A DNA stretch of 64,000 nt from Mobula hypostoma. Lineage: Eukaryota. Positions 38,080 through 50,117 of this stretch are shown one piece after another; the first letter of the stretch is position 1, and each line of letters opens with the position of its first letter. A program made the position numbers and the translations under genes. The notes below the pieces were generated by a model. The model was given only the letters and a program-made list of their open reading frames with translations, made no database searches and was not told the DNA's origin. The DNA is taken from the NCBI RefSeq assembly GCF_963921235.1, contig NC_086108.1, forward strand, positions 75,394,001-75,458,000. The letters run 5' to 3'.

Positions 38080-38307
38080 GCAACATACATCAAAGTTGCT
38101 GGTGAACGCAGCAGGCCAAGCAGCATCTATAGGAAGAGGTGCAGTGGACGTTTCAGGCCGAGACCCTAATGTTAGTCCTGACGAAGGGTCTCGGCCTGAA
38201 ACGTCGACTGCACCTCTTCCTATAGATGCTGCTTGGCCTGCTGTGTTCACCAGCAACTTTGATGTATGTCGCTTGAATTTCCAGCATCTGCAGAATTCCT
38301 GTTGTTT
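38080..38307. mobile_element. Palindromic mini Penelope-like insertion
   Basis: Left arm 38080-38167 is the reverse complement of ~38185-38272; extra ~35-bp tail on right arm; no clear TSD. Confidence 0.85.
38174..38209 (+). ncRNA. Minimal type-I hammerhead ribozyme motif, complete
   Basis: AGUC-CUGACGA-A-GGG-UCUCGG-CCU-GAAA-CG-UC^-GACU. Confidence 0.75.
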
Positions 38308-38769
38308 GCCACATTATGCAAATTAGTTCTGAATAAGGAATTATTCAACCGAGTATTTCCAATATGTAAATATAACTTCTTCCCTTTTGTTATAGCCATC
38401 TCCCAGTTGAGCTCCCACCATCCTCAAAATTTTATATAGATGTCACCCTTTTTTTCTCTTATCCCAACTTTGTTGCCACGGTGATGGAATAGACTTCTTA
38501 CTTATGGCTTTCATCTCCTCCTTATGCAAAGGCACCACTACATTTACATCCTTAATTTTAAGTGATTGCTTGACTAGAATGTCTGTCACCTTGTTTCCTT
38601 CAACCCCAACATGGACACAGACCCATAAGAAATGGATACATGAGCCAAGACCCTACCAGCAGATGTTGTCCAGTCTCTAGAAAGAACATTTGGCCTTTCC
38701 CCATTATTCAGAACACCTACCAACTCTCATAGGCTCTGGCCTTGTGAAGCAAACTTCCTGTCCCAGAAG

Positions 38770-38974
38770 CTTCCTACCTGCCAACCAGGATTCCTGGGCT
38801 GGGAACACCTCTTAAAGGAGCCATGCTTTTAAATTGTGCAGAAGGGTGAGAGAGCACAAGTCCGGGTATTTTTAGCGTTTTTAAGGGGTACAGGGGTTTT
38901 TTAATAGAATATGATGAATAAACAGGAATAGGATACTAGGATGGTCAAAGATGGGAGGGTGAAGTGTAGGTTTG

Positions 38975-39007
<33 letters not shown>

Positions 39008-39135
39008 ACGCGTGCACGCGATTGGGTGAAGGGATTTAGAATGTATGTCTAGTGCACATTCTGGAGCAGAGGGTGGCGGTAATGCACCATTAAGCTGGAT
39101 GCCAACCGCCATAAAACAAGATACAGACAGACAGA
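38770..39135 (+). mobile_element. Nimb/I-group LINE 3' end containing a (TG)n microsatellite
   Basis: RVFLAFLRGTG..NRI* terminus; GGTGGCGGTAATGCACC 3' UTR motif; short-repeat tail. Confidence 0.7.
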
Positions 39136-39639
39136 AATTGTGCAGAATAATTGAGAAAATTCCAGGTTTCTAGACATTCAATTCTATTTCCTCCAACTAC
39201 TTCCACTTACAGAACTTGGCTCCAAGGTGAATTCCAGGCCACTAGCCTATAACCACTTTCAGCATAAGCTCATGAGATCTGTAACCTCTGCAATTTGTAG
39301 AATGATAAACTGGCAAATTTTAACAACTCCTGCTTCATGTTTGAAGAACTCTGTGGCAAAAATCAATAGTCACTTCGTTATATCGACAGAGCAATGCTGA
39401 AGGAGCTTATTGACTAGGTGAGTTTGATTTCAGCAGATCACAATTCGGGCAGAGGAGATTCACCACAACGTTGCCTGGATTGGAGCATTTTAGTTATGAG
39501 GAGATTTTTGGAGAGGCTGGATTTGTTTGTCCTGGAGCAGAGGGACTTGCGAGGTGACCTGACAAAGGTAAATAAAATTATATGAGTGGAACAGATAAGG
39601 TAGGCTTATTTATACGATAAACTCCTTTTATAAACTTAA

Positions 39640-39772
39640 CCCCTGCCAAAGGGTTTCGGCCCGAAACGTCAACTGTACTTTGTTGCATAGATGCTGCCTG
39701 ACTTGCTGAGTTCCTCCAGCATTTTGTGTGTATTGCTCAGATTTCCAACTTCTGCAGATTTTCTCTTGTTTC
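39640..39772 (+). mobile_element. Short PLE 3' end with decayed hammerhead
   Basis: AAGGGTTTCGGCCCGAAACGTC..GATGCTGCCTGAC..CTGCAGATT, homologous to other PLE ends. Confidence 0.75.
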
Positions 39773-41154
39773 CGAATTTAAGGTAACTCACATACCTCCA
39801 AGAAACACCTAAATAGTTTGTATCAAATAACTGTCAGGGATCTTGTCGTTAGTCTATAAAATACTGCACTTCCTTAGGTTAGAATCCTCATCAAGCTTTT
39901 GAAAATAATGTATATTTAAATTGGAAATCATTCCATCTGGTTAAGTATGTTGTCCTCAGGTCAAAGGACAAAGCATTCAAATAGCCCAAAGAGCTGATCT
40001 GCCATGGATTGACCAAGTTTGTTAATTTAAATTATGACTGTGTATTTCCTGCACCTTTTGGATAATGCACAGAGAACACGTTGTATAAGGTGACAGGTTA
40101 CGCAGAAAATCAGAATGCTACGACTCACAATCAAAGTACAACTGTGCACACAAGAAGTGTAAAAAAAACTGCTGTTATCAGTTGAATTTGAAAGAAGGAA
40201 TAAGAGTTATCATTTAGTCTTAGGCATGGGATCCTTTGGGATCTTACTCCTGAAGTTCCACTGAAGAGGAATGATCCATTTTAAAACTGAGGTGTTTTCT
40301 CTGGGCACATTCATCAAAGACATATAAGCTAGAAACAGGGAAAAATCATAAGTATTTCACTGTCCATAGGTCATAGTAGCAGCTTGGAAAGGAACATTAT
40401 GGATTCAGGAAGGTTGCCAAAGTAAGTGTATCATTACTCATGTAAAATTAATATATGGTTTTAGGATGAAAGTCAACAGGAAGTTAGTGTTAACCATCTG
40501 CAATTTCACACAAAATAGTCACATAACCTTAGTTCTCTGATACGTGCATGTGCCTGCTTATGTTGCCATTGGATAGAATGCTGACATGGAAAAATTTTTC
40601 TAACGTTATCCATAATTGTGATAGCCATGCACACTACCAACAGAAGTTAATTGCAGCAATATGTTCATAATCTCCAATGAGGTGGCATTGAAATTGCTGC
40701 TTTGGTGACATGGGGCTAGAAATACTCTCCTTCGAACCAAGCGCAAAAGAGGTCGCACATTGGAACCCGTGTCGATTTGCCACTGGTGAGTGGTTTCCAT
40801 GTCTGCATGTTCTGCAACTGTGTGCCCGCAATGGATTTGTGGAAAACTTTGATTTCCCCGTAAAACATGGGAAACATGAACACCTCTATGATTTCCATCA
40901 CCTGTTGTTGTCAACCAATGCCGACTGGTGTCATGCTGACTACTGAATCTAGACACCACTGGATATTATTGCATTATATCTCAGCTGCTGTGGAAGGTCA
41001 TGTCAAAGCAGAATCAGGCCTAGCGACAGTATTGGGCACTTAGGTTCTCTAGCAGTTTTGTTGATACCTGTGTTTAAGAAACTGCTAGAAGCAAAGGGAG
41101 TCTTCATGCCCTGTGGAGCCGTCCTTGGGCTCGGAAATAACACATTTCTGGAAT

Positions 41155-41690
41155 GACAGAGTTGTCTCACACAGAAATAGACCCTTCACCCTTGCATGTT
41201 TACACCATCCCAGTGTACCTATCTACACTAGTCCTGTTTATCCACATTATGTCCATAGTGTACTATACCTTGGCAATTCAAGTACTTGCCTGATTGTTTA
41301 TTAAATATCACGAGTGTATCTGCCTCTACCACCTCTTCAGGTGGTGCATTCCAGACTCAACGTGAAAAAAATCCCGCTCAGATCCTGTCTAAATCTCCTA
41401 GCTCTCAACTTAATCCCTTGTCTTAAGCATCCCTATTAGATGAAAAATATTTTTACTGTCCACCCTATCTATTCCACTCATAAAGTACCTGTCTCAGCCT
41501 TCCCTCTTCCAGGGAAAATAAACACAGCCTATCCAAAATCTCCTCATAACTAAAATGCTCCAATCCAGGCAATATCATGGTGAAGTTCCTCTGTACACCT
41601 TCTAGCAGAATCACGCACTTCCTGTGACGTAGGAACCAGAGTTACACTCAATAGTCTAGGAGGGTTTTCACTATTGTTCTATAAAGCTGC
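41155..41690 (-). mobile_element. Old CR1 3' fragment
   Basis: VLQLYRTIVKTLLDY on minus strand; CR1-like 3' sequence. Confidence 0.65.
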
Positions 41691-41697
41691 AGTACTC

Positions 41698-41829
41698 CTG
41701 TTGTGAGAGGATGTGGAGAGGGGTGAGACCTTGTAGACGAATTCTGTTGTGAGAGGATGTGGAGAGGGGTGAGACCTTGTAGACGAATTCTGTTGTGAGA
41801 GGATGTGGAGAGGGGTGAGACGCTGTAGA
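41698..41829. repeat. 46-bp tandem repeat, ~2.8 copies
   Basis: Unit CTGTTGTGAGAGGATGTGGAGAGGGGTGAGACCTTGTAGACGAATT at 41698, 41744, 41790. Confidence 0.95.
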
Positions 41830-41992
41830 TTAATTCCCACTGTTGATCATTGGTATTTGGTTTACTATTGTCATATGTACCAAGATACAGCAAAAAATTT
41901 GCTTTCCATGCCGTCCATAGAGATAATTTCAAAACATAGGTACATCAAGGTAGAACAATAGGAAACACAACAACACAATGCAGAACATACAA

Positions 41993-42485
41993 TCATTGAC
42001 CATTTTATTAGGTACACCTGCTCGTTAATGCAAATATCTATCAGCCAGTCCTGTGGCAGCAATTCAATGAATACAAGTATGCAGACGTGATCAAAACATT
42101 CAGTTGTTCAGGGAAACCATCAGAATAAGAAAGAAATGTGATTTATGTAACTCTGACCATGCGATTATTGGTGATGTCAGATGGGGTCGTTTCAGCATTT
42201 TGGAAAATGCTGATCTCCTTGGGTTTTCACATGCAATATTCTCTAGAGTTTACAGAGAACGTTGCATAAAACGAAAAAAAAATTCATGAGTGACAGATCT
42301 GTGAGTGAAAACGCCTTGCTAATGGGAGAGGTCAGAGGAGAATGGCCAGACTGGTTCAAGCCGACAGGAAGGTGACAGTAACTCAACTAACGATGCATTG
42401 CAACAGGGATGTGTAGAAGAGCATCTCTGAACGTACAACATGTCAAACCTGGAGTGGATGGGCCACAGCAGCAGAAGACCAAAGA
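41993..42485 (+). mobile_element. Tc1/mariner deletion derivative with N-terminal HTH remnant
   Basis: TTTATTAGGTACACC terminal motif; KKCDL..DHAIIGDVRWG.FSILENADLLGFSHAIFSRVYRE. Confidence 0.8.
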
Positions 42486-43744
42486 CATAGTATTACAGTT
42501 ATCATCAAAAAAACAGAAGAGCTGGATATGCACTTCAGAATGTGGGGCAGAGTACATACCAATCACTGAGGTGCAGATGGTTGAAAGCTCTTTGGTTTTG
42601 TTGCTAGTGAGAGAAAGGTTTTTGTCTTGACACCATGCCACTAGGCACTCCATCTTGTTGTCAGTTGAGATCTGGCCACTACAGTGGATCAGTAATAACC
42701 TTATTCAACTGGTCAAGATCAGTGAAGGCAACAAATAAACACTATTATGTTCAGATACCAGACTGCTGCAGTCTAACGCGATGCTGTTCATGATGCTAGC
42801 ATAAGAAAAAGGGAGATATATTCCTTTTTGCTAGACAGCAACAGTGACATTCCAGATAGTTGGCTGTAATCTAGGAAATATGACAAGCAGTAGTCACAAC
42901 TGTTTGGTATTGTGCCAATGAAAGGAAATTTCACCTTAAAAGTCACAGGAGTCCAGAAATAAATAGCTAGTTAGAGCTCTGAAGAGGGCAAATGTCTCTC
43001 AGAATCAGAACCAGGTTTAATATCACTGGCATATCTCATGGAATTTGTTGTTTTGTGGCAGCAGTAAGTACATATATAAAAAGAAAATTAAATTAAACTA
43101 GTACAAAAAGAGAGGAAAAAAGAACTGAACTAGTGTTCACGCATTCATTGTCCATTCAGAAATCTGATGGCGGAGGGGAAGAACCTGTTCCTGAAATGCT
43201 GAGTGAGTGGCTTCAGGCTTCTGTACCTCCTCCTTGATGTCTTAGAAAATCTTTGGCTCTGGGTGTATTCCTGCTGGGAATTGCAGGGTGATTCCTGAGG
43301 GAAACTGAAGAGAAAAGCTGTCTTAGCCAGAACCCTTCCCCTCTTCCTTTCACAAGTCATCCTTGTCTTCCGACTCCATTCTCTTGGTCTCAGTAATGCT
43401 GCTGTTTTGCAGCACTAAAACAGCAGCCATTTATAAATTCACTCCATTTCACTTACCTGTTCCCAGAACCTATGGACTCACTTCCAAGGACTCTTCATTT
43501 CATGTTCTCAATATTTATTGATATTTACTTAACATTGCTATTATTTCTTTGTTATCTCCTTCTTTTTGTATTTGGACAGTTTGTTGTTTCTTTTTTTGCA
43601 CAAAGTTGTCTATTGGTTTTGTGTGGTGTTTCATTGGTTCAACTGTGTTTCCTGTATCTACTGCGATTGCCCATAAGAAAATGAATTTCAGGGTTGCATA
43701 TGGTGACATATATATATATTATGATAATAAATTTAGTTTGAACT

Positions 43745-44050
43745 TTATTTATTTATTTGGAGATTATAGTATGGAACAGGCCCTTCCGGCCTAACGAGCC
43801 ACACCACCCAACAACCTACCTACTTAACATCAGCCTAATAACAAGAAAATTTACAATGACCAACTAACCCACTAACTGGTACATCTTTTGACTGTGGGAG
43901 GAAACTGGAGCACCTGGAGGAAACCTGTGTGGTCACAGGGAGAACACAAGGTGTTCTGTGCCTTACGGGCAGCCCCGGAATTGAACTCTGAACTCTGATG
44001 TCCCGAGCTGTAATGGCGTCACACTAGCTGCTGTGCTACCACGGCACCCA
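43745..44050 (-). mobile_element. V-SINE (HE1-like)
   Basis: V-domain complement GTGGGAGGAAACTGGAGCACCTGGAGGAAACC. Confidence 0.7.
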
Positions 44051-44679
44051 AAATGAGTGTTCAGGTTTCCAAATTTGAGCTCTGTGCTCCCTTTGGATTT
44101 GCATCCCACCCCACTCTCCAGATCTGTATGCTGGTCTGCATCTGACTCCCAACAAACTAGCAAATAGTTAATGAACCCATTGAACAATGCATCTCCCTGC
44201 CATTAAGACCTATACATGCTCAATTATACCTCTGTATATCAACTTTAAACACAGTATCCAACAGTGTTGTTAAGCTGATCTACATTCCCACTCATAGAGA
44301 GGAACCAGAATAAAGCCCTCAAAATGCGCTATGTATATTGTGTGCTGTCAATTGCCATTCAAGATTCACTGCATACTTTGCATGTTCAATCAATGAAACA
44401 CCACTTAAAATATGCAGTCATATATGCAGAATCTTTAACTTTCTTAAGATTCACTTCATTGACTAAACCTAATATTTTCTTACTGTCTGGCATCCACATT
44501 TTACACATTGATTACAATCAATGCAGCTATGCTGATTAATCAATGTAATTACACTTCAAAACTGCATTATTGCATTTAAAGTACTGTGGAATGTTCTGCA
44601 ATTCAGGATGGTGATCTATCAATGTAAGGTAGAGAAGAATTTCTACAGGCTACAGTTGAGAATGATCCTCTAAAGTTCC

Positions 44680-45690
44680 TCTCAGTTTTTGGATCAAAGG
44701 CTTTTGCTCAAATGTAGCTGCTCACGGAAATCCATCTCCACACCATGTCGGCTACATGATCTGAACTCTTGAGTCTACAATGGGCTCAACCTCAGTGCAG
44801 GTTGATGTCAAGCAAGATTGGATCGTCCTTCCTTCATTCACTGAGGTATACTTAAGTACAGGCCTTAAATTCAACATCCACAAGACAAAGGAGCTTTACC
44901 AAAGTGTTCTCATTGATAAGAAGTTTAATTAATCAAAAAAAGTGAGGGAGTAGAGGTACAGGATATCAGGGGGAGGAATCAAAGCATAACAGGGAAGGGA
45001 CAGAAAATACAAACAGAGGTGTGCAACAGAAAGTAAACCTAGAGTAAGTATGAGATAAAGAGGAACTAAGAAGTCAAAACAAGGCTCCTTAACTGATTGT
45101 AACAAGCTAGATAAGTTGATGACACAACTAGAAACTAATGTGCGTGATCTAAGAGTATGATCTCAGTTGGTTCGAATGAACAAGCTACATCATTCATATG
45201 GCAAGGGGTTACTTGTCTCACAGGGGAAAAGAGTGAAGAACGTTCTTAACACCTCCTTGAAAAAGTGTAACAGCTCCACTGGCTCATGGGCTCCCTGGCC
45301 TATGCTGCTCAAAGTGAAGAGGAGCATTTGAAATATAACTGACAGCCATGAGTCCATTCAGTGAGAGCACTTGAACTACCTCAGTGTAAAAGGCTTTGGG
45401 CCAGCTGCTGGAAGGTGGGATTAATACAGATGGGTGAACACTAGTCGGCATGGATGTGGTGGACTGAGTAGCCTGTTTCCATGTAGTATGGATCTACAAC
45501 TCTGAGGCATAGAAATTCAGAGAAAACAGCTCCCAAGTACCAAGTCATCTGCCCCATTTTACGTCTCTCGCCCCATCTATGGTAAAATCTGCAGTTCCCA
45601 TATTAGCCTCTATAGCCACCTCAGAACCCATAAAACTGGAGTGAAAGTGGGTGGGTCATTGTCAATTCCAAGTGATTGCTGAAGAAGAGG
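44680..45690 (+). mobile_element. RTE-type LINE remnants interleaved with CR1 fragments
   Basis: GLKFNIHKTK; C-terminal C2H2-like GKICSSHISLYSHLRTHK. Confidence 0.5.
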
Positions 45691-48600
45691 ATATGTTAAT
45701 AAATGTCAGTCTTTTTGTTCCACTGTGATGTGCACTGCAATGCAAAGGTCTAGCTACATTAGTTAACGCAGGTCTCCCGATCAACTAAACTAATCAGATA
45801 CTGGAAAACATCTAAAAGCAAGTTAAAATGTTAGCTTACTATAAGCCTTCTGCAGTTCTATTACACCAAAGTCTTCAAAAGATATAAAAAATTTGTTTCT
45901 ATGTTACAAGTATATTGAAAATCAAATATCCCGATTACATAGTACAAAAGGAAATGTGATCTACAAAGGCTTATCATGAGCTGACATTTTAAATATATTT
46001 CAGATGTATTCCAATATCTGATTAGTCTAGTTGATTAAAATACCTGCATTAACTGATGTAGCTAGACATTACTCATTCATTTTTAGCACACTTGTCAATA
46101 GTCGTCTATTCTTCTATCATATTCCCAGTGTAGATAAAGTCTCCTCTATTCATATTCCATTCTTTTTTTCAGCATGGAAAAAAATAATCTTTGATAAAAG
46201 TTAATTATGAAACTTGACACCTGTAAAACATAACTCCTTTACAAACCAATCTCATTGTACAACACCATCCTTTCAACAGTGATGGTCCACAACAGAACCT
46301 TAGAAAATATGACCTATTTCCCATATCTTGGGAGCCAGCTCTCACTGAAGAAATATACCAGTGATAGCCTTTGGCTATCTGAAAAATGCTTCAGAGATTT
46401 GGAGTTGAAAAGAATAATAGATAAATCAAAATATAACAGCTTAAGAAACAATAATTGAAGTTTAAAAGCTTGTAAATTCTAGTGAGAACACTGAGGGAGG
46501 CCAACAGATTCCCAGTTTTGAGGCTCTGGAAAAAATAAATCATGTGACATTTTACTGACTTTTGGGTCTAATGCAATAGGAACTCCAAAAATGTTTTGGA
46601 TAATATGTTTGTGTACCAGGAAACCAAGAACATTCAGAGGACAAGTATCCCCTATAAGAGCAATGAGGAAAGTTGATCAGAGGAGAAATTACAGCAATAA
46701 AGCCAATGGAAGATGGAGTGTTTTTTTTACCTGTCAGAAAGTTAAGCATGAAGATTGATGGTATCATATTTTCTATAAAATCAGCAAACAATAATGTTCA
46801 TGGATATTACAATCGATATTATTATTAGCATCATTAATATAAGCTAATTTAACTTTACTCTCTGAATGCTGGAGGGGTTGAATGAATATGATCGTGCACC
46901 TATCATTTTCTACCTGCACTGCACTTCATCTGTAGCTGTTGCACATTATTCCACATTCTGTTATTGCTTTAGCTTGTCCTACCTCAATACACAGTGTAAT
47001 GAATTGATCTGTATGATAGGTATGCAAGACAAGCTTTTCAGTGTACTTCGGTACATTTAATAATAACAAATCAATTCCAATAAGCTGCATACAGTTGTAA
47101 TTAATTATATTTGTAAATTAAAACTTAGAAATAAAGAAGCAATAAAATAAAAGTGCAGAACAAATAAATTTGGATTCTGTATAAGTACATCACGGTTATT
47201 GAATTGTGTCTTTTATAAGCTGTGATTTTAAATATTTACTGCAGCTGACACATAGCCTCTTCAAGCTCTTGCCAACAATCTAGAATGCAATCTCACATGC
47301 AACATTGTTACATGGATTAGATTATGATTATAAGGAAAGTAACATAAACACTGACATTGTTAAGCCAAGTCTAAAAATATGTATATTGAATCTGTCAAAT
47401 TAAATGGCTTACTTTAAAATCCTGTCTTAATTTTACTGCCAAATAAGAAAGTATATTTTAGAATGAGGTCAAATAACAAAGTGAAGGGATCTAAAATGAT
47501 TTGTTACCTTCAATGTAACTTAAAAGGGATTGCAAAATGGTGAGAAAAAGCATTACTTTTAGAAAAATCTAAGCAGGAAAGGTGATTTTATGGTGCCATT
47601 GCATTTAGTAAATTTAATGAAAATCAGTCTCTGAACTAAAAGAATAAAAATGTTGTTATTAAAAGTTGATCTGTACAAAATAAAAACGTTTTTATTAAAA
47701 ACTCTTTATAGCACTATGTAGACAATCTCAAAGGATTTGAAAGAAAGACAAATAGGTTACAATATAGTGCCAAATAATTCTGATAAATTGAGTTGTTCTT
47801 TGTAATTATGATAAATTTAAAATAAATTTATAGCTATTTTGTTCATAATGTGATGCAGACTTCTCAAGTATGCTGTGATATTGAGTGAAATTTGAGCTGT
47901 ATTTATTATGTTTAACCATGCATCTGATGAAAACTGCACCATGATATGTTGCAGGCCAGGTTCTGCCATTACTAACATCACAAATTTAAACAACTTTCAA
48001 TTCATGGTGTCAGTACTGAAGGGAACGAGGGACAACAGTTGTAATTAATTATGATTGTAACCTAAGACCATAAGAAAGCATGGAACAAGAAAACATGGAA
48101 TGTGCCTTTAATACAAATTTTGAACAAAACATTTTTGTGTTTTGTCAACCATGACACAATCACTCATTATTTCAACCACTCCATTTCCATGTCATTACTA
48201 TCATTCATTGTAAGCATAGGTTCCTCAACGATTCAGGTCCATGACAAAAGAACATCTATTATCGATGCATTCTTTAACTGCTAGAAGAGAACTGGGTTAG
48301 GATAAAGCGAGATGATTAAGGTAAATAGACCAATACTGAGAAAAATAGTAATGCTGTCTCTAGATTTTATAGCAATTCCAGATAATGCCTATTAATTAGC
48401 AATGCTTCTCCTCAGACCTATCAATTCCATATTTTGGTATTAAGTTTTTGTTGTGTATTTCAGATAACTAACACTGAATCATTTTCCCTCAAATAAAAAG
48501 CAGTTTACATGTTAAGCTCCAGGAATTTCAGGGAATTGAATAAAATCTGCTCTGTATCCATTGTGCATCCAATTCAAACCAATGTATGATGTTTCAAGTT

Positions 48601-50117
48601 TTTCAAACAACGCAGATGTTTCTTAATTGATCCAACAAATGTTAACTTCTCCTTAATGCCCTAGTGATCCTTAATACAAGTGACACAATGGTAATTGAGT
48701 ACCTATGGATTATTGTAACCCATGGATTCTTACAAATACTTAATTCCTTCCTAACGAAGCAGAGAGCTGCAGTCAAATGAAACGTAGTTCAAAAGGTAGA
48801 GTGTAAAACTGGAAGCCAGGAATTAGCAAGTTTACCCAACAGCTGGTAATTCAATCAATACTTCAAACTGGGATGTCATAACTATTTAACGATATTAATT
48901 ATAAATGGACTATTTAGGAATAGGACAGTCACGTGTGACAAGTTATGCTGCTCTGTTGGTGCTAATCCAAGGGAACATAATATTTCCCTCAACCGAATGT
49001 TTTTACTCTCTCCTTGAGGAGTTGATTCTTGATCGGGTTTAGATTCCCAGTCTCAATCCCACTCAAATTACCAATCTTCATAAGTGATCCTAGGCACTGT
49101 GGGTGGGCTAATTACCTGGGGAGGGGTACTGAATTAAGACAATCCAAGCAACACCTGTTTTTCACACAGACTTGGTATTAACTGTGATGGTCTGATCATT
49201 GCAGCCATAATTATATAACATAGTACAATGGCTGCTTTTCAAGTACTGAGCATGCTCAGAGTTATACAGAGACTTAAACAGGAATTCTCACAATCCTCAG
49301 AATAAGGAAATGTACTAATATAACATTTTGAAAACATAAAAATTCTGCATTTCTTCAAAGTTGCAGATTTGATATAGTGTAGGGAAGTGTATGGTCATGC
49401 ACTTTGGTAGAAAGAATAAAGGCATAGACTATTTTCTAAACAGGGAGCAAATTCAGAAATCAGAGCTGCAAAGACACTTGAGAGTCCTAGTGCAGGATTC
49501 CCTAAAGATTAACTTGCAAATTGTTAATTGGAAAAAAAAACACACCTTTTGATTTTTAAAATCTTGCAGATATGAAGGAGGCTTCCATTTGCACAGTGAA
49601 AGTTGTCCAACATTTCCAAGTATGACAGCACTGGCTGTTGTCTCAAACAGAATTGTTCAGTTTCTTCTCTAATCTTGACATTTTCTGTTTCAATCTCACC
49701 GAGTATTTTAGTACTTTGAACCATGACATGTTGTGTGATGATTTGCAAACCACATAATGCTGTGATCGATTATTTTGTGGTGATCACTTTAAGTGGTTGC
49801 ATGTCATACCGATTTGTTTGCTGATCATGGTTTTTGAATTTCACAGGAATTGTATCACAGGTTCTATCGGTGCTAATCTGAATTTTATTTTTGCTTCTCT
49901 GCTTCTGCTTCGGGCTCTAATTAAAAATAAAAGCAAACTGGTGGAAAACTGTAATAAGAGCAGGTCAGGCAGCAGCCATGGAAAGAGAAACATGGCTAAA
50001 GTTTCAGGTCAAGGACCCTTTCGAACTGGGAAAGTGATTAAAAAGGAATTAGTTTTACATTGAATCAGTACTTTATTAAAAACGAGAAGGGGAACTGTGA
50101 AGGTGAACGATGTAAGA

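Larger units (their letters stand above)
37775..38645 (-). mobile_element. Nimb/I-group LINE 3' remnant (RNase H, CCHC, 3' UTR), interrupted by a mini-PLE
   Basis: IHFLWVCVHVGVEGNKVTDILVKQ (RNase H), WQQSWDKRKKG*HLYKI, CTCQEMV*HILFECR, (AAG)-type tail. Confidence 0.75.

Noticed and set aside
40606..40959. Overlapping minus-strand ORFs of 61-117 aa
   Set aside because: No recognisable domain or clear splice structure
41698..41829. CRISPR-like appearance of direct repeats
   Set aside because: Head-to-tail tandem units with no unique spacers, in eukaryotic DNA
43398..43427. 11-bp inverted repeat GCTGCTGTTTT/AAAACAGCAGC
   Set aside because: Short and low complexity, with no other support
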